Shown here in pieces: positions 29,713 through 38,513 of a stretch of 64,000 nucleotides of DNA. The notes beneath the pieces were generated by a model. That model ran no database searches. It was not told the origin of the DNA and was given only the letters and a program-made list of their open reading frames with translations. Source of the DNA: an uncultured Verrucomicrobiae bacterium (GTDB taxonomy: Bacteria > Verrucomicrobiota > Verrucomicrobiia > Chthoniobacterales > JAFAMB01); the NCBI GenBank assembly GCA_963762565.1, contig CAVXLD010000007.1, positions 96,001 to 160,000 of the forward strand, given 5' to 3'. Numbering within the stretch: the stretch's first letter is position 1; each line of letters starts with the position of its first letter. Position numbers and translations under genes: made by a program.

Positions 29713-29836
29713 GGGAGGGCGCGCGTCCCCGCGCGCCGCGGATAGGATAGGTCTACAACCTGGGACACCGTATGACGCTGGATCGGGTCCATCGTGGACT
29801 TCGAGAAGAGCGGATCGCGAGGACGCGATCCCTCCC
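29713..29836 (+). repeat. REPIN-like element, family A
   Basis: Same arms as 4498-4616 and a similar spacer. Confidence 0.85.
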
Positions 29837-29876
29837 GGTAATCGGCCATGTTCATTCGAGGCACGATTACGAAACA

Positions 29877-31307
29877 TTATTTCGATACCGAAGGTGTGGA
29901 CAGGAACAACGGGATCAGTCCCTCGACCAAGGTCGGATGAGTGAGGATCCCATCCCGGAGAGCCGTATAAGGTAGTCCGCCCATCATCGCTATTTGGACC
30001 GAAGACACGACGTCACCTACGTCGACGCCAAATCCGGTGAAGCCAAGGATGCGATCGCTATCAATCTCGACCAGGGCCTTCAAAAATCCCCGAGTTTCAG
30101 ACATTGTGGTTGAGCGCATTACCGCGGACATCGGAATCTTGAAGAGCCGATAAGGAATGCCTTGGGCTTTCGCTTCCTTCTCGCTGAGGCCAATGCGGGC
30201 CAGTTCTGGATCCGTAAACAGACAAAATGGAATCTGTCTTCCCGTCGTAACGCGTTTACCACCCGTGATGCTGTCAAAAACGACCCGGAAGTCGTCGACA
30301 CTAACGTGGGTGAACTGCGGGCTGCCTGCTACCTCGCCGATCGCCCAAACCCCGGGCGCCGTAGTCTCCAGGTGCTCATTCACTTTGAGGTGTCCGCTAC
30401 TGGTCAGTTCGACTCCGGCTAGGTCCAGGCCGATCCCAGCGGTGTTCGGAGTGCGGCCGGCTGCCACCAGCAGATGAGTGCCTTCCAACGTCTTCTCGGT
30501 TCCGCGTTGTTCGACCACCATTTTTACAGACTCGCCAGACTTGCCCGATACGCTCTTAATCTTTGCGTTCAGAACAATATCGATGCCCTCTTCTGCAATC
30601 AGGTTTTGAACCGCTTCCGTTACATCGTCGTCTTCCCTATGGATAAACCTGCTATTGCGATCGATTACCGTCACACGGCTGCCGAAGCGACGCATCGCCT
30701 GGGCCAGCTCTAAACCGATATAACCGCCACCGATAACCAGGAGATGTTCGGGGACTTCATCGAGTTCCAGTGCTTCGATATGGGTGAGGGGTTGTGCTTC
30801 AGCCAGGCCGGGGACCGGTTCTAAGGCGGCGCGTGTCCCTATATTAATGATCACCCTGGCGCCACGCAGCTGACGAGTGGTTCCGTCGTGTACCGCCACT
30901 TCCAGCGTCTTTTCGCCGATGAAGCGACCGGAGCCGACGATGAATTCAGCTCCGCTCTTTTTGTAATTGTCGAGATATGCCTCGTTCCAACTCGATACCA
31001 TCCGGCGTTTCCGGTCGCGAACGGCGGACATATCGACGGTGAATTCTCTTTTCGGTATCCCGAACTCTGCGCTTCTGCGGACATAGGAGGCAACCCTCGC
31101 ACTGTGGATAATGTTCTTACTCGGGAGACAGGCGATGTTGGGACAGGATCCGCCGACGTATTTGCGTTCAATCACGGCCACACGCTGCCCTTGCCCGGCA
31201 AAGGTCCAGGCGGCGATCGTACCTCCAGTGCCGCTGCCCAATATAACAAGATCATACTCTTCCGGGCTAATATCCCGGGACAACCTGGCTGAAGCTGTGT
31301 TTTGCAT
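29877..31307 (-). CDS. Flavoprotein disulfide reductase (RclA/LpdA-like)
   Basis: GSGTGG, GGSCPNIACLPSK, GGGYIGLE, THPTLVE; no MerA C-terminal Cys pair. Confidence 0.88.
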   Translation of the reverse strand: MQNTASARLSRDISPEEYDLVILGSGTGGTIAAWTFAGQGQRVAVIERKYVGGSCPNIACLPSKNIIHSARVASYVRRSAEFGIPKREFTVDMSAVRDRKRRMVSSWNEAYLDNYKKSGAEFIVGSGRFIGEKTLEVAVHDGTTRQLRGARVIINIGTRAALEPVPGLAEAQPLTHIEALELDEVPEHLLVIGGGYIGLELAQAMRRFGSRVTVIDRNSRFIHREDDDVTEAVQNLIAEEGIDIVLNAKIKSVSGKSGESVKMVVEQRGTEKTLEGTHLLVAAGRTPNTAGIGLDLAGVELTSSGHLKVNEHLETTAPGVWAIGEVAGSPQFTHVSVDDFRVVFDSITGGKRVTTGRQIPFCLFTDPELARIGLSEKEAKAQGIPYRLFKIPMSAVMRSTTMSETRGFLKALVEIDSDRILGFTGFGVDVGDVVSSVQIAMMGGLPYTALRDGILTHPTLVEGLIPLFLSTPSVSK

Positions 31308-31378
31308 AGGGGGTTCCTTAAAGCTTTATCTTAATAGAAGAGACTTGATGAAGATCTCCCCGTTCAATTAGAGGAGAC

Positions 31379-31888
31379 TCAATTTGCAGACGGCTTCGCC
31401 GAATCGGTTTTAGGGGTTACTCGCTCGACATCCTGCTTTAGCAGATAGAGAGAAGCGGCAAAGAGAACCAAGTCTTTCAGGAGAAAGGCCTCATTACCCT
31501 GTATGGCAGGGAATCCGCCTGCAGCGGCGTTCCAGGCGTCAGGCATAAAAGGCATGATAGTGAGGGTCATGATAAAGGTCACGCAGGAACCCGCAGCCCC
31601 AAGAATCCCTAACTTCTTATTCCAGAATCCCAAGAACAAGAGTGCGCCGAATAACCATTCAGAAGCTCCTAGGAACCAACTGGCCCCTTGCAAGCCGAAA
31701 ACCGGATACATCCAAAAGGTAAGAGGACCGTTCTTGATGAAAGGAATCAATGTTTCCGCTTCGTAAGGGAACCACTTCTGGTATCCAAAAAAGAAGTAGA
31801 TGGTCACCATCGACCCGCGAACCACGCGGTAATCAAGGTCTTTGGTGAGAAGGCCGAGCTTGGTTAGAATCTTTATGAGAAGATTCAT
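31379..31888 (-). CDS. DUF417 / RclC(YkgB)-like inner-membrane protein
   Basis: FGYQKWFPYEA...GGFP...FLLKDLVL. Confidence 0.85.
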   Translation of the reverse strand: MNLLIKILTKLGLLTKDLDYRVVRGSMVTIYFFFGYQKWFPYEAETLIPFIKNGPLTFWMYPVFGLQGASWFLGASEWLFGALLFLGFWNKKLGILGAAGSCVTFIMTLTIMPFMPDAWNAAAGGFPAIQGNEAFLLKDLVLFAASLYLLKQDVERVTPKTDSAKPSAN

Positions 31889-32157
31889 CCCCTCGTCGAA
31901 AATTGGTAGGCCGGGTTTGGCGGTTGCCTCTTGCCCCGGAAGGACAGATTTTGAAGTGTAGACGTTTTTTATAATAATAAAAATTCTGGGGTACCGACGT
32001 TTTCTTTGGTGATACTTAACAGATAACATGCCAAAATTTTCGTACCGGCCGGATCTGATTATCGCTCAGTGACTTACCCATCAAAGATGACCGGCAGGGT
32101 TACTGTACGAATTTCCGAACATATGGGTTCTCGTTTGGCCGAGTTCGAGCTGTCGAA

Positions 32158-32583
32158 CTATCGATTTGAGGGACTGGGGCTCTGGGTGGCCGGAGCAGGA
32201 TCGGCTGCTTCCGGTGTTTCAATAACACCATAAGTATCCGGAATCGGGCTCTTGCTCAGGAACCTGCTATAGGTCCAGAGAGGAATGGTTATGTTTCCTA
32301 ACTGGATCTGCGCAATCCCGTGAGCCGGATCTTCCGAGATTATCTTGGCAATGGTGCCCGGTATTAGGTAGTAGCAGCCAGCGTTCTGCACCACGTCAAG
32401 TTCAGTAGCATCAGTGTGATGACCGACAATTCGGTCGACATCTTGCCCTTTGCTACAGGCATAGGGACCATTCGCAATGACCCAGCGGTACCCTTGAGCA
32501 GCCAAGGCAGCGTAATCGGTGGCAAAAGCAGTACCGGCAAAGTTTAGGCTGATTGCTGAGATGAAGGAAAGTAGTAGTTTCAT
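32158..32583 (-). CDS. Secreted hypothetical protein
   Basis: Signal peptide MKLLLSF...AFA; two Cys; Pro/Ser tail. Confidence 0.7.
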   Translation of the reverse strand: MKLLLSFISAISLNFAGTAFATDYAALAAQGYRWVIANGPYACSKGQDVDRIVGHHTDATELDVVQNAGCYYLIPGTIAKIISEDPAHGIAQIQLGNITIPLWTYSRFLSKSPIPDTYGVIETPEAADPAPATQSPSPSNR

Positions 32584-32975
32584 AGGCCTTTGATGCTGCA
32601 ACCAAGAAGCAGAATTCGGGCTAGTTGTCTTTTGATAACAACGGTATGAGCCGGAAAGCGCGTCTATTAGTCCTGAATTTGTTAATTGTTCCTTCAAGTG
32701 GGGCGATAATGAAAATCGTTTAATCCGATCGCAATGATCGAAAGGCGCTATCGATGTGCGGATGGGCAGGCCGCCGTCGCTTCGCTTTGGCCGCCCTAGA
32801 TCTCTGAACTCGCCTGGCTACAGAGTAGAGATTGGATCGAGAGGACGAATACTGGAATCGTTCGACATTTCGTTCCGGTTAGTTTCGTTGCCACAAATTC
32901 ATAAGAAGCAACGGCCAAGGGAGTTATGGAAATCGCGGCGATTGGCACGAAAAGTGACTTACAAGTGGCAGTTAT

Positions 32976-33326
32976 ATGAGGACGCTGAAGATTGCAATCG
33001 CTGTGTGGGTGTTTGTCGCGCTTCAACTAATTACCGTACCCGCTTTCGGGCGCGGGTTTGGAGGGGGTGGAGGATTCCATGGCGGTGGCGGAGGGTTTCA
33101 TGGAGGTGGCGGCCATTTTGGCGGCGGGCATTTTGGTGGCGGTCGCCAAGGGTGGGGCGGCCGCGGTTACGGCTGGCGTGGCGGTTACGGGCGTGGCTGG
33201 TACGGTGATCGTGGGTACGGGGCCGGCTGGTATGGTGGAAGGTATGGGCGTGGTTGGTATGGTGGCGGTCCCTACTGGTGGTGGGGTTACCCCTACCCGT
33301 ATGCTTACGGACCTTACGGTTGGTAA
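32976..33326 (+). CDS. Secreted Gly/aromatic-rich low-complexity protein
   Basis: Signal peptide followed by GGGFH and GRGWY repeats. Confidence 0.75.
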   Translation: MRTLKIAIAVWVFVALQLITVPAFGRGFGGGGGFHGGGGGFHGGGGHFGGGHFGGGRQGWGGRGYGWRGGYGRGWYGDRGYGAGWYGGRYGRGWYGGGPYWWWGYPYPYAYGPYGW

Positions 33327-33488
33327 TAGCGACAAACAGAAAAACCCTGAACTGCAGCCCCGAAATTCTCCGGGGTGAAATGAACGCAGATTGACGCAGA
33401 TAGTGTCGGCTTGGATTGCGTTCATTCAAAAGCGTCCGTCGTATGATTTGATTGCAATGATCGGAAATGGCTATAGTGCCTATCGGCT

Positions 33489-34403
33489 ATGGAGCTCCGA
33501 CATTTTCGTTATTTTGCGGCTGTAGCACAACACCTGAACTACAGCGAAGCTTCCCGCCGGCTGCGCGTGGCGCAGCCGGCCATCAGCCAAACGATTTTCG
33601 ATTTGGAAGAGGAAATTGGGGCCAAATTGTTTTTGCGTAGCAATCGCAATGTCCGGCTGACCTCGGCGGGTGAGGTTTTGTTTGAGGAAGTCCAGGGCAT
33701 TTTAAAGCGAGCGGATGAAGCCAAACGCGCGACCCAGCGGGCGGCGCGAGGAGAAGTGGGAACTCTTTGCGTGGGGTTTATCGCTCCAGCAGCGGCGCCG
33801 ATTTTGCCTTCGTTGGTGCGAGCCTATCGAGGGCAGTATCCGGAAGTGGAGTTGCAGCTTCACCACATGAATCCAGATGCTCAATTCGCGGCTTTTGCCG
33901 ACGGCAAACTGGATCTTGGTCTTTCACGGCCGTTGCTGCCGGAACAGAGGGCCCATTTTGAGGAAGAGATGATTTATCGTGACTATCTCGTGGCCATCCT
34001 TCCTCCGAAACATCCTTTAGCTAAAGAACGAAAGATTGAACTGCAAAAGCTGTCGACCGAATCTTTCGTCCTCTTCCACCGAGTTGGCGCCCCAGGGCTA
34101 TTTGATGAAGCTGTCGGGATGTGTCGCCAAGCGGGTTTTACACCCGACGTTCGGCATGAAACCGATCTGATGACCACGGTTTTCCTTCTGGTGGAAAGCG
34201 GGCTGGGGGTTTCGCTGGTGCCGAGTCGCGCTCGCGGTTTGGAGCAACAGAAAACGTTGCGGCGGCCGTTGACGGTACAATCCAATTCCTTATGCCTGTG
34301 CGCCATCTGGCCGCGCAGATCTCAAAGTCCGACGGTCGAAGCTTTTCTAGAGATCTTGCGAGCACAAATACCGGCTATTCGGAAACAGGCGCCAGAGCTC
34401 TGA
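33489..34403 (+). CDS. LysR-family transcriptional regulator
   Basis: MELRHFRYF...AQPAISQTI..LEEEIG, plus substrate-binding domain. Confidence 0.95.
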   Translation: MELRHFRYFAAVAQHLNYSEASRRLRVAQPAISQTIFDLEEEIGAKLFLRSNRNVRLTSAGEVLFEEVQGILKRADEAKRATQRAARGEVGTLCVGFIAPAAAPILPSLVRAYRGQYPEVELQLHHMNPDAQFAAFADGKLDLGLSRPLLPEQRAHFEEEMIYRDYLVAILPPKHPLAKERKIELQKLSTESFVLFHRVGAPGLFDEAVGMCRQAGFTPDVRHETDLMTTVFLLVESGLGVSLVPSRARGLEQQKTLRRPLTVQSNSLCLCAIWPRRSQSPTVEAFLEILRAQIPAIRKQAPEL

Positions 34404-34573
34404 ATGTGAGAAGTGAGAGGTGATTGGTGAGAGGTGGGGCGCCAGCCGTGGAACGCTGCCTCGCTTGCGAGGCCGATGCGACCAAGGGACATCGTGATGC
34501 TCGCCCCATTTCTGTCCGCGCTCTATGTCGTGCCGAACAGCTCGAATACCTCGAAAGTAACGACAAGAGAATA

Positions 34574-34616
34574 AACGTTTTTTAACGTCGCCGAATCGTA
34601 TTTTTCACGATTGCTG
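34574..34616. repeat. 43-bp imperfect direct repeat, copy 1
   Basis: aacgttttttaa-N6-cgaatcgtatttttcacgattgctg. Confidence 0.8.
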
Positions 34617-34632
34617 CAGCGAGATCGCTCGT

Positions 34633-36579
34633 CTAGTGCTCTGGTAATCGTGATTGAAACAGTCGTGCCGAGTTGAGGATAAACGCCAATTCTGATCCCA
34701 CATGGATCAGGGCGGCAGCGATGGGTGCCAGGAGCCCAAAGAACGCAAACGCGATACCAAGCGTGTCGACCGTGATCGTACCCCAAAAGTTAAACATGAT
34801 GACGCCGTAGCAACGTTTGGCGATATCTAAGACTTCAACCAGCCGCGAAAGATCGCTCGTCATGAGGGTGATGTCCGCTGTTTCCAGGGCAACATCGGTT
34901 CCGCCACCCATCGCTATACCCACGGTGGCTTGCGCTAGAGCCGGAGCATCGTTAATACCATCGCCAACCATTGCGACTTTATGCCCTCTTCGAAGGAACT
35001 CTCGAATTTTCTCGAGCTTCTCCTCTGGCAACAGGCTCCCGACCGCCTCGTGCACCCCGAGCCGGCTACCGATTGCCGATGCAGTCTCACTGCTATCGCC
35101 GGTTAAGAGCACGGTCCGATAGCCTTTTTGCTTTAGCTCGGCGACGGCGTGTATCGCTTCGTCGCGAAGCCGATCGGCAATTGTTAGCAGCCCCAAGAGC
35201 CTCGAATCACGTCCCACGAAGACGGATGTTTCACCGGGCTTAACTCCATTTTCCAAGGATGCCGGGTCGAAACGGATCCCGTTTTCCTCCAGTAACGTCG
35301 ATGTCCCCACTACGATCTTGCTCCCGTTATCGAAACAGAGGAGCCCCTTGCCAGGGATGTATTGGAGATCCGAGTATTCGCGTATGGAAAGTTGTTCCAT
35401 GTGCGCTTTACGTACCACGGCTTCGCCGAGCGGGTGCTCAGAGTGTTGTTCGGCAATCGCAGCGCTTTCTAAAACGTCTCGAGCAGATGCGCCATCCACG
35501 GCGCGAATATCGGTCACCTCCGGAATCCCCATTGTGAGCGTGCCGGTCTTATCCAGGACGATGGTATCGATCTCCGCGAGTTTCTCCAGGTACAGCCCGC
35601 CTTTCACGATAATGCCGCGCCGAGCCGCGCTGCCAATACCCGCCAAAATCGCCAACGGTGTGCCTGCAGCAACGCCGCAAGCACCGGCAACGATGATCAC
35701 AGCAATCGTGGAAGTAAGGCTGCGGGTGACGATGAAAGTAAGAACAGCGGCGCCTAGCGCAAAGTAAACTAGCCCGGCGGCAAGCCGATCCGCGATTCGT
35801 TGCACCGGAGCCTTTGATTTTTCAGCCTGTTCGACAACCTGAATGATTTTCCCAAAAGTGGTATCTCGCCCGACTCGCTCAACGCTAACTTCTAAGACTC
35901 CGTTCTTGTTGATGGTGCCGGCAAACACGTTGCTCAGCTCGGTTTTCTCTACCGGTAATGACTCACCCGTAATCGAAGATTGATCGACATAGCTGCTGCC
36001 TTTCCTGACGACGCCGTCGACCGGAATTCGTTCTCCGGGCCGAATCACGATTATTTCGCCGACCGCAAGCTCTTCTGCGCTCAATTCAATTTCCTGACCG
36101 TTTCGTCGAACGATCACAATTCGGGGAAGTGCATTCACCAATTGCTCGATCGCCTTGCGCCCGCCGCTCACCGTGTAGCATTCAAGGAGTTCAGCAAAGA
36201 GTACGAAGAAAGCGATGACGATGGCGGTGAAAAACTGTCCAATGGCCAGCGCAGACAGAAGTGCGATCGTCATGGAAAGTTCCATCGTCATCCGGCGCTT
36301 GAGCAGATTCTCCCAAGCCTCTTTATAGATAGGAAATCCGCCGATGAACGTACCGGCGAAGGCCAGCCAATCTCGATTCATGAAGGGACGCCACCAACCA
36401 GCGAGGCTGGCGACGACGATAAGAGCCATCACGCCCAGGCGAACGTATTCGGCAGGTCCAGCGGCGTGGTCATGATCATGATCGTGGCCCTCATGGTCAT
36501 GACCTTGGTGATCGTGATCGTGATCAACATGCGTATGCTGGTTCCTAACAGGAACGTCTTCGGCTGTGTCGGTTTTCAT
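34633..36579 (-). CDS. Heavy-metal P1B-type ATPase with His-rich N-terminus and non-canonical GAC motif
   Basis: TGES, DKTGTLT, SEHP, GDGIND; VAGACGVAAGTP aligns with IACPCALGLATP. Confidence 0.93.
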   Translation of the reverse strand: MKTDTAEDVPVRNQHTHVDHDHDHQGHDHEGHDHDHDHAAGPAEYVRLGVMALIVVASLAGWWRPFMNRDWLAFAGTFIGGFPIYKEAWENLLKRRMTMELSMTIALLSALAIGQFFTAIVIAFFVLFAELLECYTVSGGRKAIEQLVNALPRIVIVRRNGQEIELSAEELAVGEIIVIRPGERIPVDGVVRKGSSYVDQSSITGESLPVEKTELSNVFAGTINKNGVLEVSVERVGRDTTFGKIIQVVEQAEKSKAPVQRIADRLAAGLVYFALGAAVLTFIVTRSLTSTIAVIIVAGACGVAAGTPLAILAGIGSAARRGIIVKGGLYLEKLAEIDTIVLDKTGTLTMGIPEVTDIRAVDGASARDVLESAAIAEQHSEHPLGEAVVRKAHMEQLSIREYSDLQYIPGKGLLCFDNGSKIVVGTSTLLEENGIRFDPASLENGVKPGETSVFVGRDSRLLGLLTIADRLRDEAIHAVAELKQKGYRTVLLTGDSSETASAIGSRLGVHEAVGSLLPEEKLEKIREFLRRGHKVAMVGDGINDAPALAQATVGIAMGGGTDVALETADITLMTSDLSRLVEVLDIAKRCYGVIMFNFWGTITVDTLGIAFAFFGLLAPIAAALIHVGSELAFILNSARLFQSRLPEH

Positions 36580-36593
36580 GGGCTCCCCCCCTT

Positions 36594-36866
36594 TTATTTG
36601 AGATACCGTTTTATGACTTCGATTAGCTCTTCACCGGCAGCGGCTTGTGACTCAGTAGACTTTTCGTTTAACAGGTGCTGCCGGACATGACCCTCTAGGA
36701 TTTCAGCCATTAGAGCATTCAAAGCGCCGCGACATGCGGCTAAGGTAAGCAGCACTTCCCCACAGTCGTGGTTCTCCTCCACAGCTCGTTCAATTCCGTT
36801 GAGCTGGCCGCGGATGCGGCTGAGTCTGGCCAAGAGCTTCTTCTTCTGTTGGATAACATGAGCCAT
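36594..36866 (-). CDS. CsoR/RcnR/FrmR-family metal-sensing repressor
   Basis: MAH...RLSRIRGQLNGI...DCGEVL...EGHVRQH. Confidence 0.92.
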   Translation of the reverse strand: MAHVIQQKKKLLARLSRIRGQLNGIERAVEENHDCGEVLLTLAACRGALNALMAEILEGHVRQHLLNEKSTESQAAAGEELIEVIKRYLK

Positions 36867-36876
36867 GATTGTCAAG

Positions 36877-36902
36877 ATACCATATCAGGGTATGGTATTA
36901 TA
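36877..36902 (-). promoter_or_regulatory. CsoR/RcnR-type operator next to a -10 box
   Basis: ATACCATA-tcaggg-TATGGTAT at 36877-36898; TATAAT on the minus strand at 36897-36902. Confidence 0.8.
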
Positions 36903-36961
36903 GCGAAACCACAACCTCGACTTTCTGCTACTCAAGCACCCGCAAGGAACGCCAAGAGATT

Positions 36962-37004
36962 AACGTTTTTTAATATTGTCGAATCGTAATTTTCACGATT
37001 GCTG
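36962..37004. repeat. 43-bp imperfect direct repeat, copy 2
   Basis: aacgttttttaa-N6-cgaatcgtaattttcacgattgctg. Confidence 0.8.
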
Positions 37005-37257
37005 GTGCAGATTCAGACAACGTTATGATCTGGCGAATCTTAGTATCGGTCGCGATTGGCGAGGCGTTGTTGTGTGTGCTCCCATTACTGCTGACAGGAG
37101 CCGTCACGTTATTACGCGTCTGGCTCTTTACTAACTGATAGGGCGTAGAGCCTAGGTCACGCCTTAAAGGGCTTGTTGCCCAATTAGCTTTCACACAGAA
37201 GGCCAGAAGGAGAGAAGGAAAAGGAATCTTACAGAAGGTCCAGTAGAAGCTTCTTCT

Positions 37258-37854
37258 CTAGGAGTGTGATCGCGCAACGGCCGCGACCGTCGAAAGGCGT
37301 TTTTGAGATAGTAACGAATGAAGAACTACAAGCGCCACAAACGTCGCTGCATTGATTACAAAAACGTGGGAGACAATGCCAATCGTGAAATCTTGTAGCC
37401 CGCCCAGAGAGAAAAGCGCTAGTGCGTAGATTGCCGCTTCGAAGACCAAAAATGCGGTGGCAAAAGCGATCCCGAAGCGAAAGCCCTTATAAATCGCTGT
37501 TTTCATGTGATACATCCGGGCTGCGGAAGCGGTGGCGATTAGGGTAGCTGCGCCCAAGGCTATACCCCAAGCGACCGAATTGAACGTCCAAGGATAGCCA
37601 AGCATTCCGTAACCAACGCATTGATTTATCAGCCAAGTCACTCCACTGACGAGCAGCGCATCGCGCCGGGCCAAGGTGACTGCGGCGGCAGCTCCAATTG
37701 CTTCGAAGGGAGCGGCACATGCGAACCCCACGCTAAATACGAGGCTGGAACCGATCAATATCGCCAGCCACAAAAGCAAGGGCCACGCACTGCCGATTGA
37801 TCTGGTTCGAGAATTCGCCTCTAGAGATGAGTGCTTGGTTTCTACCGTATTCAT
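37258..37854 (-). CDS. Uncharacterised multi-pass (about 5-6 TM) membrane protein, last gene of the cobalamin operon
   Basis: 198 aa, highly hydrophobic, FACAAPF...WLINQCVGYG.LGYP. Confidence 0.8.
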   Translation of the reverse strand: MNTVETKHSSLEANSRTRSIGSAWPLLLWLAILIGSSLVFSVGFACAAPFEAIGAAAAVTLARRDALLVSGVTWLINQCVGYGMLGYPWTFNSVAWGIALGAATLIATASAARMYHMKTAIYKGFRFGIAFATAFLVFEAAIYALALFSLGGLQDFTIGIVSHVFVINAATFVALVVLHSLLSQKRLSTVAAVARSHS

Positions 37855-37904
37855 AAGGCCGCTTTTTTTGAGATGAAGGATGGTTAGGTGTGGTTCTGTG
37901 AAGT

Positions 37905-38501
37905 TTATCCATGCTGGAATTTCAGTCCGCTCCGGTCCAAAGGATCGGGTTCCGATAAGCCAAGCCACCGACCACGAAGATGATCCCAGAGGGCTAACCG
38001 TGACCAATCAGGTTGTTTCTCGATCTGCATATCGGATGTCAGGAACGGGTTCGGAAGAAAGACGGTCAGTTGCTGTTCGTCTTTGCCGTTATAAAGACGG
38101 AGCCCCCAGTAATTGGGCGTCCCAGTCTCGCTTAACTGGCGATAGAGTTCTGCCCGAGAAGTTCGGCGATGCGCCTTGAGCTCGGGATCGGTGGGATGCG
38201 CTTTCGAGCCGTTATTCTCCCCGATGCAGATGTGGAAATGCCAGTGACCAAAATCCACCGTCAGATATCCGTCGAGCAGAGTGACGCTCTCCGGCTTTCT
38301 ATCTGCCTTGATTTCCCAGGCTGCACCTTGAATCAGAATTCCAAAGACGATTTCCTGCCAATGATTTTCAAACAGATCTTTTAATAACTCGAACAAGAGT
38401 GACTCGGACGGATTAAGATCGAATATTTCCAGCGTACCGTTGCCCAATTCGAACACGGTCCTCGATTTTCCGGTCTGCGTTTTGTCGAGTGTCGGTTGCA
38501 T
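37905..38501 (-). CDS. Uncharacterised cytoplasmic protein in the cobalamin operon (possible ChuX/HutX-like fold)
   Basis: 198 aa, DGYLTVDFGHWHFHICIG, WGLRLYN; starts 12 bp after the receptor stop. The fold is a guess. Confidence 0.75.
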   Translation of the reverse strand: MQPTLDKTQTGKSRTVFELGNGTLEIFDLNPSESLLFELLKDLFENHWQEIVFGILIQGAAWEIKADRKPESVTLLDGYLTVDFGHWHFHICIGENNGSKAHPTDPELKAHRRTSRAELYRQLSETGTPNYWGLRLYNGKDEQQLTVFLPNPFLTSDMQIEKQPDWSRLALWDHLRGRWLGLSEPDPLDRSGLKFQHG

Positions 38502-38513
38502 GGCTCTGCCGGG

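Noticed and set aside
29877..31307. Mercuric reductase merA
   Set aside because: No N-terminal HMA domain, no C-terminal Cys-Cys pair and no mer operon genes
36970..37194. 74-aa ORF between the cobalamin operon and csoR
   Set aside because: No motif, weak start, and it overlaps the direct repeat
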